Assembly (NCBI GenBank): GCA_023393235.1
Contig: JAEWMH010000080.1
Span: 5,157-69,156, forward strand
From: Bacillota bacterium
GTDB taxonomy: Bacteria > Bacillota > Bacilli > Paenibacillales > NBRC-103111
Length of the DNA stretch: 64,000 nt
Direction: 5' to 3'
Part shown: positions 35,420-44,609 of the stretch, one piece after another
How the letters are laid out: each line of letters begins with the position of its first letter
Position numbering within the stretch: position 1 is the stretch's first letter
Program-made: the position numbers and the translations under genes
The notes under the pieces: generated by a model
Databases searched by the model: none
What the model was told of the DNA's origin: nothing
What the model saw: only the letters and a program-made list of their open reading frames with translations

Positions 35420-36067
35420 TTATAAAATAAATACAAGAGCGATCATCACATAAGAATATCGGATATTCTTTTTTAGCAATATGTATACCATGCCAAATAG
35501 AAGGGACATGAAGACAGCATAAATTCCTGTCATCGTTCCTTGTAGCAAAATATGGATAAGTCCCCAGGTGAGCGCAAGAAATATTCCGCCGTAGGGCAGG
35601 CTGTCTTTTTTAAACAGCGTTTCCCCGAACTTTTGGCCGAAAGCAATCGTCAGCAGAATCAAAACAGCCTCAAACCAGTAATAGATATTCTGAAAAACGG
35701 AGTTAACGATACCCTTGTATTCTTGAACAGGCTTTAACCCGCCCCAAGCGATCGTTGTTACGATAATGGCAATAGCGGATATCCCCACAGCTAATAACCA
35801 CCGCTTCGAATCCGGCATCCCGTTCAACTTCATCAAATCAAAGGCGTATTTTTTTCTCGAAAGCCTTACCAAAAAAAGTGCCATGCTCCCCCACAATATG
35901 CATGTGAGCGTCCAGTGGATACAATGATGAACGAGGGTATAATCAGAGCCTTTCACCCCCAATATCATCGGAAGCAGCATAGACAATACAACCTCAAGAC
36001 CAAACCCTGCAAAAGCATATAACCCTAAAGCAAGATAATCGCTTGCTCCCACTTTCGTTTCTCTCAT
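35420..36067 (-). CDS. polytopic membrane protein (hypothetical), AT-rich
   Basis: ORF to 36136. Preferred ATG at 36067 behind GGAGGA (MRETKVG). About 6 TM helices. Confidence 0.65.
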   Translation of the reverse strand: MRETKVGASDYLALGLYAFAGFGLEVVLSMLLPMILGVKGSDYTLVHHCIHWTLTCILWGSMALFLVRLSRKKYAFDLMKLNGMPDSKRWLLAVGISAIAIIVTTIAWGGLKPVQEYKGIVNSVFQNIYYWFEAVLILLTIAFGQKFGETLFKKDSLPYGGIFLALTWGLIHILLQGTMTGIYAVFMSLLFGMVYILLKKNIRYSYVMIALVFIL

Positions 36068-36219
36068 TGGTATCCTCCAATTTAACGAGTTAACAGAGCT
36101 ACTTCTCATATTGTAGATGGTTCGACACCAGCACAATCAATCCTTTTTTTCATCTCCATTTATTTACTGAATCTATCAGAATAAAGAGTTATTTTATGAA
36201 AATTCCCATTATGATTATA

Positions 36220-36310
36220 GCGCGGACGAACCCCTTACAAGGGGCACATACGGCTCCAATAAAAAAACGTTGACCCCATTGGTCAACGCCCTTTTATTAT
36301 GGAGCCTAGG
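36220..36310. repeat. duplicate of the tRNA-Ala 3' end + terminator module (distal copy)
   Basis: gcgcggacgaaccccttacaagggg...ggctccaataaaaaaacgttgacc...ggtcaacgcccttttattatggagcctagg parallels 36412..36513. Confidence 0.8.
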
Positions 36311-36411
36311 TGCATGTCTGAATCTCGATTGAAATGGCTGACGACGACGACTCGAAGAAGCAGAGCGCAGCTGTTGATTCAGACGCCGTGCTCGTCCTCT
36401 GACGCTCTCTG

Positions 36412-36513
36412 CGCGCGGGCGAACCCCTTGCAGGGGCCCCATCCCCGTTTTCGGCTCCATAATAAAAGGGCGTTGACCCTAATGGTCAACGCCCTTTTAT
36501 TATGGAGCCTAGG
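36412..36513. repeat. tRNA-Ala 3' end + terminator module (proximal copy); contains the tRNA terminator hairpin
   Basis: Near-perfect palindrome GGCTCCATAATAAAAGGGCGTTGACC-cta-a-GGTCAACGCCCTTTTATTATGGAGCC at 36453..36509. Confidence 0.8.
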
Positions 36514-36575
36514 GGGGTCGACCCCCTGACCTCATCGCTGCCAGCGATGCGCTCTCCCAGCTGAGCTAAGGCCCC
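36503..36575 (-). tRNA. tRNA-Ala (anticodon GGC), no encoded CCA
   Basis: Cloverleaf folded by hand: acceptor GGGGCCT/AGGCTCC with G3:U70, D arm GCTC-AGCTGGGA-GAGC, anticodon arm CATCG-CTGGCAG-CGATG, T arm AGGGG-GTCGACC-CCCCT (G at position 54). Confidence 0.8.
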
Positions 36576-36608
36576 GTAGCTTCCGGTATTTCTGCCGGAC
36601 AAGAACTA

Positions 36609-36637
36609 ATTATACATAGGCTTTTTGCAAAACGCAA
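36609..36637 (-). promoter_or_regulatory. sigma-A promoter of tRNA-Ala
   Basis: Minus strand reads TTGCGT, 17 nt, TATAAT. The -10 lies about 33 nt upstream of the tRNA 5' end. Confidence 0.7.
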
Positions 36638-36717
36638 GAGGGATTTTTCGCGTTTCTGAGCTCTATCTGATATGGAATCGCCGCAACAAAAAGGTAACTC
36701 TACCAGCAGGAAAAGGG

Positions 36718-36950
36718 TCATCCGTTCTGTTATTTCGCGGCTGTTTTTTGCCGGTATTTATTCTAACGGAAGCTACAGCCGCTATATCGCCAATTTGGCC
36801 ATTCCTTTTTTTCTAACGGCGGCCAGCGCCGCTATTTGGTCTTTTTGCCTAGATTTCCGCTTCAAAAGGAACAAATAACGGCTGCTGCTTCCGTTAGATT
36901 TTCAACAAGGCTGTTTTACCGGAAATAGCGGCGCTCACCGCCGTTAGAAT
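36718..36950. repeat. nested-palindrome intergenic repeat, copy E
   Basis: ttctaacggaagctacagccgctatatcgcc, ttctaacggcggccagcgccgctatttgg, then aaataacggctgctgcttccgttaga and ggaaatagcggcgctcaccgccgttagaa. Confidence 0.85.
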
Positions 36951-37080
36951 CAACCGCAGTCCATCGGCCACCGTCGGAAGTGAAAATTTCGGGTACAAGC
37001 GCAGCGTTTCCTACAATCGGGGGGCCTCATCACTCCCCGGTGGATACCACGTCCTGTTGCTACACCCCAGAGTTCACCCA

Positions 37081-38772
37081 TCACTGCAGGCTGTCCATTC
37101 CCCAGCCTGCGGGATATTCCGCCGACAGGCTGACGGGCAGCCTGCCCTGCGGCGGCACCCGGCCCGCCAGTACCTTGGCGGCGGCCAACAGCATAGGCGG
37201 CCTGTTTTCGTAGAAGGCCGCATACGCATGGACCTGCGGCATCGCCAGCAGGTCATAGGGATTGCGCAGCGCCACAGCCGTGACGGTGGCGCCGGGCAAA
37301 GCGGCCAGCGCCTGCACCAGGCTGGCCTGCCCCAAAGCAAAGGCGGCGTTGTACACGCCCGCCACAATCTGTAGGCGGCCGCCCCGCGCCGCCGCCAGCA
37401 CGGCCGCTTGCTCCGCCGCCGTCGGCTCCGTGCCGATGACCATCTCGCACACATCCGCCACATACGGAGCCAACGCCCTCCCCAGGGTGAACTCCTGGGG
37501 AATCACCTCATCCACCTCGGTGCTCTGCCGCACCTCCGGCCAAATCACCAGCGTCGGCACATCTCCGCGCAGGGGCAGTGCACCGGGCTCTGCCCGGACT
37601 AAAGTGACGCAGCGCTCGGCCGTTTCCTCCACCCACGCCACATGCTCTTTGCATCCTATTGTCCCGACACCTTTTGTTTTCGCCTCAAACCACGCTTCCT
37701 CCCGGCGCAGCTTGGCCCGTACAATCCGTGCCACCGCTTCATCGATCCGCTCCATAGGCAGCTCTCCGCTTAACGCCGCCCCGTACAGCGCCTCCAGCGC
37801 CTCCACCTGCCGGTCCTCCCGGTGGCTGACCAGCACCATATCTGCTCCGGCGGCTACCGCCAGCACAGCTCCCCGGCCAACACCCACCGTTTGGGAGATG
37901 GCATTCATCTCCAGGCAGTCGGTGACAACAACACCGTCAAACCCAAGCTCCTCCCGCAGCAGCCCGCTTAAGATAGCGGGAGATAACGTAGCAGCCACCC
38001 CGCTGGGCTCCCATGCGGGAAACCGCACATGGGCCGTCATCACTACGTCCACACCGGCCTCCATTGCGCTTCGAAACGGCGGCAGCTCCACCTGCTCCAG
38101 CCGCTCCCGGCTATGTGGTACAAGCGGCAGCTCATGATGGGAATCTGCCGAAGTATCCCCATGCCCGGGAAAATGCTTTGCGCAAGCGCTTACACCCGCC
38201 TCCTGAAACCCTTGAACCGCAGCCGCTCCCAACGCCGCAACCAGCTCCGGGTCCTCCCCGAAGGACCGGACTCCGACTACCGGGTTTGCGGGATTATTGT
38301 TTACATCCACACAAGGGGCAAAATTCAGATTAATCCCCATCTGACGCAATTCCACACCGGATATCCGGGCCGCTTCATACGCCAGCTCCGATTTCCCCGC
38401 CGCGCCCAAGGCCATGTTGCCGGGCACCACCGCCGCATCCCTGTCGATACGGGCCACCATGCCGCCCTCCTGATCCACCGCAATCCAAAGCGGCAGCTCG
38501 CCCAAAGCATTGTTAGCCTCCTGCAAGCTCCGGGACAGCTCCGCCACCTCCGCAGCCGTCCCGATATTCCGCCGGAAGTAGATAACGCCCCCCACCCGGT
38601 AATCCCGGATTAACCGGAGAATACTCTCTGATGGGACAGTCCCGTCAAACCCGCACATCACCATCTGCCCCAGCTTTTGCCGGAGAGACCATGCCGCAAG
38701 CTCCTGCAGGGAGGCAGTCTCGTCCGTCACCCTATTTTCACTCATCTCAATATCACGTCCTTTTACGCTCAC
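37081..38772 (-). CDS. glycoside hydrolase family 3, NagZ-like beta-N-acetylhexosaminidase (cytoplasmic)
   Basis: KHFPGHGDTSADSH motif. No signal peptide. 563 aa with an additional C-terminal domain. Confidence 0.85.
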   Translation of the reverse strand: MSVKGRDIEMSENRVTDETASLQELAAWSLRQKLGQMVMCGFDGTVPSESILRLIRDYRVGGVIYFRRNIGTAAEVAELSRSLQEANNALGELPLWIAVDQEGGMVARIDRDAAVVPGNMALGAAGKSELAYEAARISGVELRQMGINLNFAPCVDVNNNPANPVVGVRSFGEDPELVAALGAAAVQGFQEAGVSACAKHFPGHGDTSADSHHELPLVPHSRERLEQVELPPFRSAMEAGVDVVMTAHVRFPAWEPSGVAATLSPAILSGLLREELGFDGVVVTDCLEMNAISQTVGVGRGAVLAVAAGADMVLVSHREDRQVEALEALYGAALSGELPMERIDEAVARIVRAKLRREEAWFEAKTKGVGTIGCKEHVAWVEETAERCVTLVRAEPGALPLRGDVPTLVIWPEVRQSTEVDEVIPQEFTLGRALAPYVADVCEMVIGTEPTAAEQAAVLAAARGGRLQIVAGVYNAAFALGQASLVQALAALPGATVTAVALRNPYDLLAMPQVHAYAAFYENRPPMLLAAAKVLAGRVPPQGRLPVSLSAEYPAGWGMDSLQ

Positions 38773-38875
38773 GTTCAGCCACCATCCGGGAGGGGGACAA
38801 TCTGGTTTTCCATCCGCCGGAATATGAAGCTTCCCTTCACTTCACCGGACTAGCGTTTCTCCATAACCAATCCCG

Positions 38876-40498
38876 TCAGCTTTCTCCCCTTCCGCTCTCC
38901 TGGCCAACCGCCTTCCGCGCCTCCCGGTACTCCGAGGGCAGCTCCCCCGTCAGCTTTTGAAATACCTTATTGAAATACCGCCGTTCCGAATAGCCCACCG
39001 CCCGGCAGATTTCCGTAACACTTTTATCCGTCAGCGCCAAAAGGGACTTCGCCATCTCCACCCGCTCCGCAGTCACATATTCCACGAAGGTTACGCCGTA
39101 CCGCTGTTTGAACAACAAGCTGAAATAGCTGGAGCTGATGCCAAGCGTTCCAGCCACCTCATCCACACCAATATCCCGGGACAGGTTGCGGTGAATGTAA
39201 TCCTTAGCGGCGTGCATGAGCATATCGCCGGATTTTTTGCTCATGGCGGTGGATAGGCTGTCGTCCACAATCCGCTCCACCACCTCCAGCAGATCTTTGA
39301 CCCGGTCCGCCTGCTCCATGAGGTTCCAAATGTCATGCTCTTGAGACGCAGACAGCACATCCAGCCCCCGCATTTCCCGCAGCAGATGGAGCACGATGAA
39401 GTACGCCAGCTTTTCCGCATGGGCCAGGGACTGCCCTGATAATGCGCCCAGCTGCTGATTCACACAAACCAGCTTCTCCCGGACCCGGACCCGGTCACAA
39501 ATCTTCAACGCCGACACCAGCTCGGCGATATCCTCCCACAAGGCGCTGCGCCGCGCTTCGCTGCCTTCGCCCAACCGGTACACCACCACGGAGCAATCCT
39601 GCTCCTCCGCCAGATGGACACTGCGCTGCAAGGACCGGAATGCCCGGGGCAGCTCCTCCATGCCCAGCGTTGCCAGGCAAATGCCGAAGGCCAGCCCGAT
39701 CTTAACATGGGTCCGCACACTATCCTGCAATTCCTCCGCCAGCCTTCGGCCTTCCGCCTCGCTGATTTCTCCGTCCCCCAGCCGACGTTCCACCAGAATG
39801 CACCATTCTCCTTCCCGGGTTTGCAGAACAGCGTGGCGGCAGCCCTTCATGGCCAGCGTATCCTTCAACACATTGCGGATGGCGAAATTCCACAGCTTCC
39901 GGTTCTGCTCGGAGGCCAGCCGGTATTGCCGGGCATACTCATGGATATCCGCCAGCAGCATAAAATAACGCACCCGCTCCAGCCCCTCCAGATCATCCCC
40001 GACCATGTCATGGGGAATCACCGCGCCGTAATCCATGATCATATCGTACAAAAGCTTCTCATACGCCAGCTCCATCGCCTGCCCAAACATCTGCTCCTCG
40101 CTGGTCCGCTCCATCCGGTCCCGCCGGATAGAATCCGCCAGTTTGCCGATGACTCGGGTCAGCTCGTCATAGTCGAAGGGCTTCAGGATGTAATCCTTCA
40201 CCCCCAGGCGGATCACCGAACGGGCATATTCGAAGTCTTGGTACCCGGTGAGCATCACTACCTCCGCCCGGCAATCCGTTCCCGCCAGCGCTTCCAGGAA
40301 GGCGATGCCGTCCATAACCGGCATCCGGATGTCGCAGAGAATCAGGTCGGGATGCAGGAGCTTCACCTGCTCCAAGGCCTGCAGCCCGTTGCCGGCGGTT
40401 CCGGCCACCTCGATGTCCATCTCCTGCCAAGGCAGCACCTGGCGCAGATTCTCCAGAATTTTCGCCTCATCATCCACCAGTAATGCCTTCAGCCTCAT
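38876..40498 (-). CDS. response regulator, CheY receiver + AraC-type HTH (YesN-like)
   Basis: LLVDDE ... DLILCDIRMPVMDG. C-terminal AraC HTH YFSLLFKQRYGVTFVEYV. ATG 40498 lies behind GGAGGTGGAGGA. Confidence 0.9.
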   Translation of the reverse strand: MRLKALLVDDEAKILENLRQVLPWQEMDIEVAGTAGNGLQALEQVKLLHPDLILCDIRMPVMDGIAFLEALAGTDCRAEVVMLTGYQDFEYARSVIRLGVKDYILKPFDYDELTRVIGKLADSIRRDRMERTSEEQMFGQAMELAYEKLLYDMIMDYGAVIPHDMVGDDLEGLERVRYFMLLADIHEYARQYRLASEQNRKLWNFAIRNVLKDTLAMKGCRHAVLQTREGEWCILVERRLGDGEISEAEGRRLAEELQDSVRTHVKIGLAFGICLATLGMEELPRAFRSLQRSVHLAEEQDCSVVVYRLGEGSEARRSALWEDIAELVSALKICDRVRVREKLVCVNQQLGALSGQSLAHAEKLAYFIVLHLLREMRGLDVLSASQEHDIWNLMEQADRVKDLLEVVERIVDDSLSTAMSKKSGDMLMHAAKDYIHRNLSRDIGVDEVAGTLGISSSYFSLLFKQRYGVTFVEYVTAERVEMAKSLLALTDKSVTEICRAVGYSERRYFNKVFQKLTGELPSEYREARKAVGQESGRGES

Positions 40499-40567
40499 CT
40501 CTTCCTCCACCTCCAAATATGCCGTCTGCGTCGTATGCCGGGGTCAACCTGGGATATTAGTTAGTTT

Positions 40568-40754
40568 ATTAACGGACCGCAGAGACCCTATTTCGCCAAA
40601 ACACGAACTTCCCCAAATCTAACGGACTCAGCAGCGCTTATTCGTTACCTGGAGTGCCGAAAACCAGCAAATGGGTGTGAATAGCAGCGCTGGAGTCCGT
40701 TAGTTTGTCAAAAGAGCGGTTTTGCGCCAAATAGCGTCCGTGGGGTCCGTTAGC
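40568..40754. repeat. nested-palindrome intergenic repeat, copy F (between the HK and RR genes)
   Basis: ttaacggaccgcagagaccctatttcgcc, ctaacggactcagcagcgcttattcg, then gaatagcagcgctggagtccgttag and ccaaatagcgtccgtggggtccgttag. Confidence 0.85.
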
Positions 40755-40772
40755 ATAATGCGGGTCGGTGTA

Positions 40773-40810
40773 CGAGGCCTTCACACCCCATCCGGCCTTT
40801 GGCCTGGACC
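40773..40810. repeat. 38-bp direct duplicate of the histidine-kinase gene 3' end (partner at 40851..40888)
   Basis: cgaggccttcacaccccatccggcctttggcctggacc versus cgaggccctcacaccccatccggcctttggcctggacc (1 mismatch). Confidence 0.85.
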
Positions 40811-40858
40811 TCCCTGTTCGCCTCCACCCTCAAATTGGCTTTGCCAATTTCGAGGCCC

Positions 40859-42691
40859 TCACACCCCATCCGGCCTTTGGCCTGGACCGTGGTGTTCGCT
40901 AAGCGGCAGCACCAGCTTGATCACGGTGCCCCCGCCCGGGCTGCTGGAGATGAACAGCCCATAGCGCAAGCCGTAGCCGATGCGGATGCGGTCCGCTACG
41001 TTGCATACACCCAAGCCCCGGCGTTCGCCTGTCTCCGGCAGGTCCTCGTGGGCGGCGCCCCGCTGGCCTTCATACTGGAAGGCCGCCAGCTTGCCAGGCT
41101 CCATGCCTATGCCGTTGTCCTCCACCCAGAACACCAGCCGCCCCTGCTCCACTTCGGCCCGGATCCGGATGCTGCCCATATACCCGATGCCCTCAAATCC
41201 GTGCTGGATACTGTTCTCCACCAGCGGCTGCAGGGACAGCTTCGGCATGGTACAGCGCAGAAGCTCCTCCGGCACGTCGATCCTGTAATCGAACAGCTCC
41301 TCGAAGCGGAATTTCTGGATTTCCAGATAGCTGTTCAGATGCTGCAGCTCCTGCTCCACCGTAATTACATCCTTCTGCTGGATGCTGATCCGCAGCAGAT
41401 TGCCCAGCCGGGCCACCATCTGGCTGACCTTCCGGCCCTGATTTTGCACCGCCAGAATATTGATGGACTCCAGCGCATTAAACAGGAAGTGGGGTTTGAT
41501 CTGAGCCTGCAGCGCCTGCAGCTCCGCCAGCTTCTTGCGCTCCTGCTGGCGCATGACCTCGTTAAGTAGCTCCGCCACCCGGGACACCAGGCTGTTGAAG
41601 CCTTTCGCCAAAAGCGACATCTCATCGGATCCCACCACCGGCAGCCGCGCCGACAAATCCCCGCGCTCCACCATCCGCATGAATTTCACCGTCTGGATCA
41701 CCTGGCGGGTCACCCGGTTGCTGAAGAACAGCAGGAACAGCACCGCCGAGAAGGCGCAAACCAGCAGCAGCACACCCAACCAGCGGGCATACAGCATCAC
41801 CTCTCGGGAGAGGGATACCCAGGAGGTGACCGAAACCAGCCGCCAGTCCTCTACCCCCAGCTCCACGCTGGCCAGCAGGCTGTCATGGCCCTCGAAGCGG
41901 GTCCGGCCTGTCTGATAGGTCTCCCCGCCTTCCAGATGGCGGTATTCCGTCAGCTCCTTCAGCCGCCTGCCGTCTACAGCCCCGCCGCTGCTGTCAAAAA
42001 ACACCAACCCACTCCCCGATACAATCAGGAAGCGGGTGGCGTACTGCTCCTCCTTAAAGCGGAAATGGCGGAACACCGTTTCCAGCCCGGAGTTTTTCAT
42101 TTGCACCAGAAGCATCCCCTTATCCGACAGCGTCAGAATGTCCTTCACCACCCGGATCTGGGTGAACTCCGTCCCGCTCCCGGTCACCTCCGGGTATTCC
42201 CCGGGACCGACCCACAGGGGCAGCCCCTGCCGGCGCACAGCCTCTTGGTATACCGGCTCCGCCTTAAAGTGGCCGAAGGGCATGGCCGAGAAGGATTCCT
42301 TGGTAAATATCTGATTGATTCTGCTGTTTTCAAAGGTATACATAAACGCGTAGCTGACGGAGGGATGGTTCACCAGCAGCTCCCGGAAGCTCCGCTGTAC
42401 CTTGTTCAGCTCCAGGTAATCGATTTTGTCGATATCCTTGCCGCTGTCAGAGCGGTTGTTCAGCACATCCTGAAGGGACTCGCTGGCCACCGTGCTGTCC
42501 GTCACCTTGTCCATCTCCATAAAACTGAAGCTGACGCTTTGGCTTAATGCCCGGAGCGTCAGCTCCGACTGCTGGGCGTACTTTTCCTCGATAATGCCGC
42601 TAAGCAGATGGTAACCCAGGACTCCCAGCACCGAAAGGGGCAGAATGAAGCACAGGAGAAACGCGCCGAACAGCTTGCCTCTTAACGTCAT
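40859..42691 (-). CDS. sensor histidine kinase (YesM-like: 2 TM, HAMP, His_kinase, HATPase_c)
   Basis: H-box KPHFLFNALESI, N-box LVENSIQHG, GLGVCNV. N-terminal TM helix plus a second TM before HAMP. Confidence 0.9.
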   Translation of the reverse strand: MTLRGKLFGAFLLCFILPLSVLGVLGYHLLSGIIEEKYAQQSELTLRALSQSVSFSFMEMDKVTDSTVASESLQDVLNNRSDSGKDIDKIDYLELNKVQRSFRELLVNHPSVSYAFMYTFENSRINQIFTKESFSAMPFGHFKAEPVYQEAVRRQGLPLWVGPGEYPEVTGSGTEFTQIRVVKDILTLSDKGMLLVQMKNSGLETVFRHFRFKEEQYATRFLIVSGSGLVFFDSSGGAVDGRRLKELTEYRHLEGGETYQTGRTRFEGHDSLLASVELGVEDWRLVSVTSWVSLSREVMLYARWLGVLLLVCAFSAVLFLLFFSNRVTRQVIQTVKFMRMVERGDLSARLPVVGSDEMSLLAKGFNSLVSRVAELLNEVMRQQERKKLAELQALQAQIKPHFLFNALESINILAVQNQGRKVSQMVARLGNLLRISIQQKDVITVEQELQHLNSYLEIQKFRFEELFDYRIDVPEELLRCTMPKLSLQPLVENSIQHGFEGIGYMGSIRIRAEVEQGRLVFWVEDNGIGMEPGKLAAFQYEGQRGAAHEDLPETGERRGLGVCNVADRIRIGYGLRYGLFISSSPGGGTVIKLVLPLSEHHGPGQRPDGV

Positions 42692-42873
42692 AAGCGCTCC
42701 TCCTGCCTGTAAAGTCCCCGTTGATTCGGCTGGGCCGGTTTTTTGTTACCATACCCTAGGCCCGATCTGCCCGGAAGCGTATGATGCCGAATCCGAGCCG
42801 TTTCTCATTGGAATACATATTCACCAGCCTATCCCAAAAGTCCTCCCGCTCTGGAGCCTGTTTCCAATCTGCC

Positions 42874-43713
42874 TTAGCCCTTCACGCTGCCTGCGGTAAT
42901 CCCTTCGATGATCTTCTCCTGCAAGAAGCCGTAGAGGATCAGGACGGGCACCACGCTGTAGACAATTCCGGTGCAGATCAAAGCATAGTTGGTTTGAAAA
43001 GAATCCCGGAAACCCACCATGCCGGTGGGCAGGGTTTTCAGCGAGTCCTTGCTGATGAAGAAATTCGCCAGCAGGTATTCGTTCCACACTCCCAGGAAGT
43101 TCACGATGAACACCGTCACCAGCACCGGCAGGCTGACAGGCAGGACAATCCGGACAAACAGCCCCAGCGCGCTTAATCCGTCCATAATTCCGGCTTCCTC
43201 CAGCTCATCGGGCACCGATTTCATGAAGGCGGCGATGAGCAGCACACTCATAGGGATGGCCCCCGCCGTATAAGGCAGAAACAAGGCCCAATGGGTGTTC
43301 AGGATGCCCATCCGCATGACCAGAATGTACTGGGCGATAAACAGGACGTTGCCGGGAATAAGCATTCCTAGCAGCACAAACTGGTACAAAATCCGGCTGG
43401 TGCGCAGGAGCTTCATCCGGGTGACAGCAAAGGCGCAGGCTGCCGCCAGCAGTACCCCCGCCGCAGCGGAAGTCAAGGACAGGTAGAGGCTGTTGAAGAA
43501 ATAGACGCTGATTTTGGCCTTCACCCAAGCCTGCACATAGTTATGGAAATACAGATCCGTCGGAAACGCAAAGGGATGGTTGGCAATTTCGATATTGCTT
43601 TTTTTCAGAGAAGAGAACACCACAAACACAAAGGGAAACAGAATAACCGCCACATACACCAGCAGAACCACATGGGGCAACAAACGCTTGAGCCTAACAC
43701 CTGCAGCCGTCAT
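42874..43713 (-). CDS. carbohydrate ABC transporter permease (MalG-like)
   Basis: 279 aa, 6 TM, EAA-type loop DELEEAGIMDGLSALG. Confidence 0.88.
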   Translation of the reverse strand: MTAAGVRLKRLLPHVVLLVYVAVILFPFVFVVFSSLKKSNIEIANHPFAFPTDLYFHNYVQAWVKAKISVYFFNSLYLSLTSAAAGVLLAAACAFAVTRMKLLRTSRILYQFVLLGMLIPGNVLFIAQYILVMRMGILNTHWALFLPYTAGAIPMSVLLIAAFMKSVPDELEEAGIMDGLSALGLFVRIVLPVSLPVLVTVFIVNFLGVWNEYLLANFFISKDSLKTLPTGMVGFRDSFQTNYALICTGIVYSVVPVLILYGFLQEKIIEGITAGSVKG

Positions 43714-44597
43714 TCGCTGTCCCCCCCTTCCATGGCCCGCCCCAGCGTAAGCTGGTACAGAGCAGTCAGCACCAGTGCAAAGGCGAAGATGATCAGCGAG
43801 ATGGCGGTGCCGAAGCCGTAGCTGGGATTAACACCCATTGCATGGTTCACCAGGTACGAGGCCATCACCTCCGTGGCTCCCACCGGGCCTCCTTTGGTCA
43901 TTACCAGGATAATGTCCACCACCCGCATGGCTCCGGCGATGGAGAGCATGACCACCACCGAGATAATGGGACGGATCAAAGGTACGGTGATATACCAGGC
44001 CCGTTTGAAGCCGTCGGCGCCGTCGATTTCTGCCGCTTCGCCGATTTCCCGGGGAATGGCCAGAATCGCTGCCAGCACCAGCACGATGTAGAAGCCGATC
44101 CACTGCCAGGCATTGGTAATCAGCACCGCCAGCATGGCCCATCTCCCCTCCGCCAGCCAGTAGATAGGCTCCACGCCGAACAGGCCAAGCAGCTTATTCA
44201 GCGGTCCGATCTCCGGCTCATAGATGAAGCCCCAGAGAATCCCGATGACGGAGGTGGACAGAATGGACGGAATAAACACCGTGGTTTTATAAAAACGCTG
44301 CAGCCGCCGGACGCCGCTGATAAGAATGGCCAGGAAGATAATCAGCGGCACCTGGACGCCTACCGAAAACAGGATAAAATACAGGTTATTGACGATGGCA
44401 CTGCGGAAATCCGGGTCCCCGAAGGCCTTCGTAAAGTTCTCCAGCCCCACAAACTTGTATTGCTCCAGCCCGTTCCAGTCGGTGAAGGCATAGAAGGAGG
44501 AGCTTAGCATGGGATAGACAAAGAACAGGCAGTACAAAGCCAATGCCGGCGCCACCAACAAGACGTAAATGGCCGGGTTGCGGAGAGTCTGCTTCAT
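43710..44597 (-). CDS. carbohydrate ABC transporter permease (MalF-like)
   Basis: 295 aa, loop EIGEAAEIDGADGFKRAWYITVPL. Overlaps the next gene by 4 nt. Confidence 0.88.
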   Translation of the reverse strand: MKQTLRNPAIYVLLVAPALALYCLFFVYPMLSSSFYAFTDWNGLEQYKFVGLENFTKAFGDPDFRSAIVNNLYFILFSVGVQVPLIIFLAILISGVRRLQRFYKTTVFIPSILSTSVIGILWGFIYEPEIGPLNKLLGLFGVEPIYWLAEGRWAMLAVLITNAWQWIGFYIVLVLAAILAIPREIGEAAEIDGADGFKRAWYITVPLIRPIISVVVMLSIAGAMRVVDIILVMTKGGPVGATEVMASYLVNHAMGVNPSYGFGTAISLIIFAFALVLTALYQLTLGRAMEGGDSE

Positions 44598-44609
44598 GAT
44601 GGGCGTCCT

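Noticed and set aside
36311-36411. Possible second tRNA or tRNA fragment, or an sRNA, between the duplicated terminator modules.
   Set aside because: I could not fold a cloverleaf. Only a 9-bp inverted repeat and GGGGTTCGCCC-like strings are present. I keep it only as part of the att-like scar finding.
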